A DNA stretch of 51,142 bases, taken from contig CAYNXS010000002.1 in the NCBI GenBank assembly GCA_964401215.1, forward strand, positions 1 to 51,142. Direction: 5' to 3'. Shown here piece by piece: positions 46,027 to 51,142 of this stretch (position 1 is its first letter; each line of letters opens with the position of its first letter). The DNA is from an uncultured Methanolinea sp. (GTDB taxonomy: Archaea > Halobacteriota > Methanomicrobia > Methanomicrobiales > Methanospirillaceae). Below the pieces are notes generated by a model that saw only the letters and a program-made list of their open reading frames with translations, searched no databases and had not been told where the DNA came from. The position numbers were made by a program, and so were the translations under genes.

Positions 46027-48807
46027 TTGAGCCTACCTGAAATGCGGCAGCTTGAGGAAGCTGCCCTGAAAGAATGGGAGCATGCATTTGAATCTGATCC
46101 AGGAGAAAAAGAGAAATTCTACCTCACTGTAGCGTATCCCTACCCGAGTGGCGCCATGCACGTCGGTCATGGTAGGACCTATATCGTCCCTGATGTGATT
46201 GCCCGGTTCTGGAGGATGAGGGGTCGCCAGGTTCTGTATCCCATGGCTTTTCATGTCACCGGAGCACCGGTGATCGGAATATCAAAAAGGATTGCGAGAG
46301 GTGATGAGAAAGCCATCCATCTCTACCGCGATCTCTACAGGGTCCCCGAAGAGACCCTTAAGGAGTTTGTGAACCCCCTCACGATTGTCCGGCATTTCTC
46401 GGAAGAATACCAGCGGGTCATGACTGCGTGCGGGATATCCATTGACTGGAGGCGCCGTTTCACCACTGTGGATCCCCAGTACAGCAAGTTCATAGAATGG
46501 CAATGGAAGCATCTTGGAGAAGGGGGCCATGTCAACAAAGGGGCGCATCCCGTGCGTTTCTGCCCCCAGTGCGACAACCCTGTGGGGGATCACGACCTGC
46601 TTGAGGGGGATAAGGCTGAGATATTGAAATTTGTACTGGTGATGTTCCGGTGGAAGGACTCATTCATCCCGACTGCCACCCTGCGCCCCGAGACCATCTA
46701 CGGTGTGACAAACCTGTGGGTGAATCCTTCCGTCACCTATGTCAGGGCATTGGTCGATGGCACTCCCTGGATTGTGAGCCGTGAGGCTGCCAACAAGCTC
46801 GCCCTCCAGGACCATACTGTCACAATCGTGGAGGACATTCCCGGCACTACCCTCGTGGACCAGATCGTCAACCACCCCCTCTGTGGAGATGTCCGGATTC
46901 TCCCCGCAACATTCGTGGATCCTGATATGGCAAGCGGAATTGTCATGAGCGTCCCGGCGCATGCACCCTTTGATTACATTGCACTCAGGGATCTGCAGGC
47001 AAGAGGAAACTACAAGGAGATACAGCCGGTTGCCCTGATAAAAGTCCCCCGCTATGGTGAATTCCCGGCAAAAGACGCGGTGGAAAAGGCGAAAATTGTT
47101 GACCAGAATGATCCCAGGATGGACGCCCTTACGCAGGAGGTGTACAGTGCTGAATTCGCATCAGGGCAGATGCTGGAAAAATACGGCGGTGAGATGGTCC
47201 GACAGGCCCGCGAGAGTGTCGGAGCCCTGATGATCGATTCATACCATTCTTCGGTCATGTACGAATTTGACAGCCGGCCTGTTGTCTGCCGTTGTGGCGG
47301 GCGTGTGTATGTGAAGATTCTCCACGACCAGTGGTTCCTCCAGTACAGCGATCCCGCCTGGAAAGCACAGGTAGCAGCCCATCTGGCAGAAATGTCACTT
47401 GTCCCCCCCGAAGTCCGTGCGGAATTTGAGCGTACGATTGACTGGCTGAAGGACTGGGCCTGCACCCGGAAGGTTGGTCTTGGCACGAGACTGCCCTGGG
47501 ATCCAGACTGGCTCATTGAGCCTCTCAGTGATTCGACCATCTACATGTCGTACTATACGATTGCCCACCACCTGAAACAGTTCAATCCTGAGGATCTCAC
47601 TCCCGAAACATTTGACTTCCTCTTCCTCGGAAAGGAATCTCCCAACCTCAAAAACAGGGGTGCGCTGGAGATGATGCGAAAGGAGTTTGAGTATTGGTAC
47701 CCCTACGACTACAGGTTCTCTGCAAAGGATCTCATATCCAACCATCTCACATTCCAGCTCTTCCACCATGCAGCAATATTCCCGAAAAAGAGCATGCCAC
47801 GGGGCATGGTGGTCTTTGGAATGGGACTCCTGGAAGGTGCCAAGATGTCATCCTCAAAGGGAAACGTATTTCTGCTTGAAGATGCGCTCCGCGAGTTCGG
47901 AGCAGACACCGTCCGCATGTTTCTCGTGGGAAGTGCAGAACCCTGGCAGGACTTTGACTGGAGAAAGGAACTGGTCTATTCAACCCGCAAGCAGATAGAG
48001 AGATTCTGGAACACGATAGAAGAGAGTTCCATGTCCGGTAGCCTTACTACGGATGTGGACCTCTGGCTTATTTCAAGGCTCCAGCAGCACATCCAGAAGG
48101 CAACAGAAGCTCTCGAGCGTTTCCAGACGCGTCAGGCACTTCAGGAGGCATTCTATTCCATCGAATCAGACCTGAAATGGTACCGGAAGCGCCTCCCGGA
48201 AGGAGTGGCCGGAGGGAGTGCACTCCGCGAGCTCCAATCTGTCTGGATCCGGCTCCTTGCCCCGGTTATTCCATTCACCTGCGAGACAATGTGGAAGAAG
48301 ACGGGTGGAGAAGGACTGGTCTCGTTTGCACCCTGGCCCATTGCAGATATGTCAAAGACGGATCCAAATCTCGAACTTGCAGAAGAGTTACTGCTCAGGA
48401 CAATAGAAGATATCGAGTCTATCCGGAAGGTTATCCAGATAACTCCTTCGTCAATCACCATCTGCACTGCTCCCTCCTGGAAAAAAGGCGTGTTCGCCGC
48501 TGTCGCAACTGCTCCTGACAAGAATACCGTGATACGGGAGATTATGAAAGACGAGCAGATGCGCAGGAAAGGAAAATCTGCCCAGGACACGGTAAAACAG
48601 TGCATCACGCTGATTCACAGGCTCCCTCCTGCACTCGTGGAGCAGTATCTCAGAGCGGATATGGATGAAATGAATGTATTCCAGAAAGCCCGTGAATTTC
48701 TTGAGAGAGAATGCTCAGTCAGCGTGGAGATTGTGGATGCGGGGGAGAGCACGCATACCAAGGCATCTGCAGCGCTCCCCTTCAAACCAGCGATCGTGAT
48801 GGAGTGA
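46027..48807 (+). CDS. leuS: Leucyl-tRNA synthetase (archaeal type)
   Basis: 926 aa. The HIGH motif is [14 protein letters not shown] and the KMSKS-type motif is KMSSSKGN. The listed start is TTG at 46027, with GGGTGA upstream. The ATG at 46042 is an alternative. Confidence 0.9.
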   Translation: MSLPEMRQLEEAALKEWEHAFESDPGEKEKFYLTVAYPYPSGAMHVGHGRTYIVPDVIARFWRMRGRQVLYPMAFHVTGAPVIGISKRIARGDEKAIHLYRDLYRVPEETLKEFVNPLTIVRHFSEEYQRVMTACGISIDWRRRFTTVDPQYSKFIEWQWKHLGEGGHVNKGAHPVRFCPQCDNPVGDHDLLEGDKAEILKFVLVMFRWKDSFIPTATLRPETIYGVTNLWVNPSVTYVRALVDGTPWIVSREAANKLALQDHTVTIVEDIPGTTLVDQIVNHPLCGDVRILPATFVDPDMASGIVMSVPAHAPFDYIALRDLQARGNYKEIQPVALIKVPRYGEFPAKDAVEKAKIVDQNDPRMDALTQEVYSAEFASGQMLEKYGGEMVRQARESVGALMIDSYHSSVMYEFDSRPVVCRCGGRVYVKILHDQWFLQYSDPAWKAQVAAHLAEMSLVPPEVRAEFERTIDWLKDWACTRKVGLGTRLPWDPDWLIEPLSDSTIYMSYYTIAHHLKQFNPEDLTPETFDFLFLGKESPNLKNRGALEMMRKEFEYWYPYDYRFSAKDLISNHLTFQLFHHAAIFPKKSMPRGMVVFGMGLLEGAKMSSSKGNVFLLEDALREFGADTVRMFLVGSAEPWQDFDWRKELVYSTRKQIERFWNTIEESSMSGSLTTDVDLWLISRLQQHIQKATEALERFQTRQALQEAFYSIESDLKWYRKRLPEGVAGGSALRELQSVWIRLLAPVIPFTCETMWKKTGGEGLVSFAPWPIADMSKTDPNLELAEELLLRTIEDIESIRKVIQITPSSITICTAPSWKKGVFAAVATAPDKNTVIREIMKDEQMRRKGKSAQDTVKQCITLIHRLPPALVEQYLRADMDEMNVFQKAREFLERECSVSVEIVDAGESTHTKASAALPFKPAIVME

Positions 48808-48809
48808 TA

Positions 48810-49127
48810 TTAGTCGGGTTCCACACTTTTTGATTTTTTCACCCTTTCCTTCGTGGAATACCCCGTGACTTCATCAAGATATCGCCGGAAACGCCGGTTG
48901 GTATCAAGGATTACCTCATCGGTTGCACCGGTATCAGATACGGTGTTGACAAGGAGTGTCTTCCCCTCCTTTCCACATGAGACATCGAGCATCTTCAATG
49001 CCCCGTATGTGATCCTGAAGTGCCCGGCGTCCCTTACTGGAACAACGCCAAAGCATTCTTTCAGCTTGATACCGATGGTCTCCTGGAGATTCTTCGTATA
49101 GCCCCGCTTTACAGGATATTCTTGCAT
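48810..49127 (-). CDS. Conserved hypothetical protein (small alpha/beta protein)
   Basis: 105-aa ORF, convergent with leuS with a 2-nt gap. I can name no family-defining motif with confidence. Confidence 0.5.
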   Translation of the reverse strand: MQEYPVKRGYTKNLQETIGIKLKECFGVVPVRDAGHFRITYGALKMLDVSCGKEGKTLLVNTVSDTGATDEVILDTNRRFRRYLDEVTGYSTKERVKKSKSVEPD

Positions 49128-49144
49128 AATACTTTTTTAGGTGT

Positions 49145-49891
49145 ATGAAATATGTTAATCTAATGTCATCCGACCCAGACAGCGATATAAAGATCTTCTC
49201 GAAGCCTCTTTCCAGCCACGGCTCATCTGTTCTTATGGGATTCCCGGGGAGCGGGCTTGTGGGAAGCATCGCACTCCAGTACATGATCGATCAACTGGAA
49301 TTTGAGCAGATCGGGAGCATCAACAGCAAGTATTTCCCCCCTCTTGCGATGATGAGCAAGGGTGTCGTCAATGTGCCTGTCCGTGTATACGAAAAAGGTA
49401 ATATTGTCTCAATTATTGCTGATATCCCCATCCACCCGAATATATGCTATGAGGTTGCCAGCGGGATCATGGACTGGCTGGAACCATTCTCTGTCAGGGA
49501 AGTGGTTGCCATTGCGGGTATCATCACCAATGAACCGGAAAAGAGGGTTTTTGGGGTGGCAAGCAACGAACAGGCTCTTTCCCGGATTCAGGATGCCACC
49601 ATAATCCTCCCTGTCGGCAGCATCTCGGGAATTGCAAGCAGTATTCTTACCGAATGTAAGATCCGCAATATCGCAGGATACGGACTCCTCGGCGAGACTA
49701 TCAACGCCCCGGATCCAAGGGCGTCGGCAGCGGCGATTGAGGTTCTCAAGAAGATGTATGATATCGACCTTGACGTGCAGCCATTGATCGAACAGGCTGA
49801 AGAAATTGAGTCGACGATGCAGAAACTGGCCGAACAGGTGAAGACTGCCGAGACCATGCCCAAGAAAGAGCAGCTTCCCATGTACGGGTGA
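49145..49891 (+). CDS. PAC2-family proteasome assembly chaperone-like protein
   Basis: 248 aa. VLMGFPGSGLVGSIALQYMIDQL... matches the typical PAC2 N-terminal strand/loop/helix, and there is an acidic C-terminal tail. Confidence 0.65.
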   Translation: MKYVNLMSSDPDSDIKIFSKPLSSHGSSVLMGFPGSGLVGSIALQYMIDQLEFEQIGSINSKYFPPLAMMSKGVVNVPVRVYEKGNIVSIIADIPIHPNICYEVASGIMDWLEPFSVREVVAIAGIITNEPEKRVFGVASNEQALSRIQDATIILPVGSISGIASSILTECKIRNIAGYGLLGETINAPDPRASAAAIEVLKKMYDIDLDVQPLIEQAEEIESTMQKLAEQVKTAETMPKKEQLPMYG

Positions 49892-49896
49892 TACAG

Positions 49897-50289
49897 ATGA
49901 AGTGCCTTGCATTAACCGGGATCGCCCCTCAGGTGATCAGAGAGCTCCAGGAAGGAAAGGCCCGAACCCTGGAACTACAGAGTACGCATAACGTGGTGAC
50001 CCTTGCCGGAATACCTGCTGGTTCGCTGGTGTTCATGACTGCGGTGGACATGGAGGATCTCTCCCCCGGGGATTCAGGGATCATCGTGGAAATTATTACG
50101 GTGAGCATTACCATGAAAAGGATAATGGAATATGCGCATGGCCTCCATTATGAAGAACGTGAACGCATGTCCGCACGAATAAAGGTGAAATGTGCAGGAT
50201 CATCTACTGTCAAGAGCGTAACGTTTGAAGGGATGATACAGCCTATTACTGTCGAAGTGCTGAAATCTGCATGCTATCATGCGGGATAA
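49897..50289 (+). CDS. Hypothetical protein
   Basis: About 130 aa. I chose the ATG at 49897, which has GGGTGA 5 nt upstream. The listed GTG at 49888 overlaps the PAC2 stop. No recognisable motif. Confidence 0.45.
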   Translation: MKCLALTGIAPQVIRELQEGKARTLELQSTHNVVTLAGIPAGSLVFMTAVDMEDLSPGDSGIIVEIITVSITMKRIMEYAHGLHYEERERMSARIKVKCAGSSTVKSVTFEGMIQPITVEVLKSACYHAG

Positions 50290-50425
50290 CGAATGCCCGT
50301 TTTTTCCCATGACATCAATTTTCCTCCATTATAATCCTGCACTGGCACCATTATCGGAACGGTCAGGTATTGCCCAGGGATAAGGAATATTTATTTCAGT
50401 GCCTGAATGAAGTAGTACGTGCATC

Positions 50426-50944
50426 ATGCCCCACACTCAACTCTTGAATCGTGCAATTGATGATCCCAAAATCTGGAAGAGATCGGGAAACAAATTATTC
50501 AAGAGAGGATTATACAAGATTGCACTGAAATTCTATGCCAGGGCAATTGAATTGAATCCCGGTTTCATTGAGGCATGGAACAACCTGGGGCTTTCATTTC
50601 TGAAGATAGGCAAAATCGAAGAGGCCAGACGTTGTAACGAAAAAGTCAGAGAACTGAAACAGATCTCTGTGGTATCCAGGAAAGACGCTCCAACTCCTGC
50701 GAGTAAAGAGGACGATTCTCTGTATTCTTTCAGACACTCAAAGTCACAAACCCTGATGAATGATAATTTCTGGTACGCATTCTGTATTGCCATCCTGGGG
50801 GGCATGTGCCTTGTAATACTGAATATCAACAACCCGATTGATACCCAGCTCCAGACACTGGGTTTTATCCTTGGTCTCTCTGCATTGTGTTTTATCGTAC
50901 TATTCCTGCTCCTGCAATTCGTACTGCGCATCCCAAAAAAATGA
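50426..50944 (+). CDS. TPR-repeat protein with C-terminal membrane segments
   Basis: KIALKFYARAIELNPGFIEAWNNLGLSFLKIGKIEEARRCNEKV is a TPR consensus. Two C-terminal hydrophobic segments are present (FWYAFCIAILGGMCLVIL, LGFILGLSALCFIVLFLLL). Confidence 0.65.
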   Translation: MPHTQLLNRAIDDPKIWKRSGNKLFKRGLYKIALKFYARAIELNPGFIEAWNNLGLSFLKIGKIEEARRCNEKVRELKQISVVSRKDAPTPASKEDDSLYSFRHSKSQTLMNDNFWYAFCIAILGGMCLVILNINNPIDTQLQTLGFILGLSALCFIVLFLLLQFVLRIPKK

Positions 50945-51010
50945 TATTTTTCCTTCAGGTACAAAACAACGATTAATTATCCACAGATCCAATATTATAC
51001 CAGAGGAATG

Positions 51011-51085
51011 GGGCTTGTGGCTTAGCCAGGATAGAGCGCCGGGCTTCTAACCCGGATGTCGAGGGTTCGAATCCCTCCAGGCCCG
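51011..51085 (+). tRNA. tRNA-Arg (anticodon TCT)
   Basis: GGGCTTGTGGCTTAGCCAGGATAGAGCGCCGGGCTTCTAACCCGGATGTCGAGGGTTCGAATCCCTCCAGGCCCG. The acceptor stem is GGGCTTG/CAGGCCC, the D-arm is GCTT/GAGC, the anticodon arm is CCGGG-CTTCTAA-CCCGG and the T-arm is GAGGG-TTCGAAT-CCCTC. Confidence 0.85.
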
Positions 51086-51142
51086 TCACGCAGTTCTCTT
51101 CTTCAGTTACATCTCAAATCCCTGTTTTCAGTACTGTACATT

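Noticed and set aside
1-51142. CRISPR arrays, rRNA genes, transposases/integrases, long direct or inverted repeats
   Set aside because: None was seen on reading the sequence and the ORF translations. The tRNA genes are not flanked by integrase-like ORFs. I cannot exclude short dispersed repeats without a computational repeat search.

Overview
The window is an archaeal chromosomal segment. By gene content and order it looks like a methanogen of the Methanomicrobia, probably Methanomicrobiales, but this is inference with no database check. Coding density is high, and many neighbouring genes have overlapping stop and start codons.

Layout:
- 1-13.3 kb, all on the minus strand, housekeeping: partial gltX, then the isoprenoid/mevalonate cluster (GGPP synthase, RNase J, fni, IPK, mvk, MEMO-like), then the classic archaeal ribosomal protein/RNA polymerase cluster tRNA-Ser-S13-S4-S11-RpoD-L18e-L13-S9-RpoN-tRNA-Pro-RpoK-eno-S2.
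- 13.5-18.7 kb: deoxyhypusine synthase preceded by five tandem CBS-domain genes.
- 18.8-31.9 kb: a GTPase / DUF2073-like / Zn-ribbon triad, aSUI1, class II RNR divergent from cobQ, a small RHH gene, a larB-nadM-coiled-coil operon, hisS and top6B/top6A.
- 31.9-43.5 kb: the most interesting region (described below).
- 43.5-51.1 kb: hisI, a PIN-ATPase-KH protein, leuS, a PAC2-family gene, small hypotheticals, a TPR protein and tRNA-Arg.

The 31.9-43.5 kb region holds an Epd/Tad-like type IV filament core: a FlaI/PilB/TadA-family ATPase with a long low-complexity N-terminus, plus a platform split into two T2SSF-type genes. Around it lie three Roadblock/LC7-domain proteins, three proteins sharing a small N-terminal module, a MinD/ParA ATPase with a coupled 65-aa membrane protein, a membrane-less V4R-Cache-V4R sensor and an A24 prepilin peptidase. 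I could see no pilin gene and no MglA-type GTPase there.

I found no CRISPR array, rRNA gene or obvious mobile element. All domain calls come from reading motifs in the translated ORFs. No HMM or BLAST search was run.
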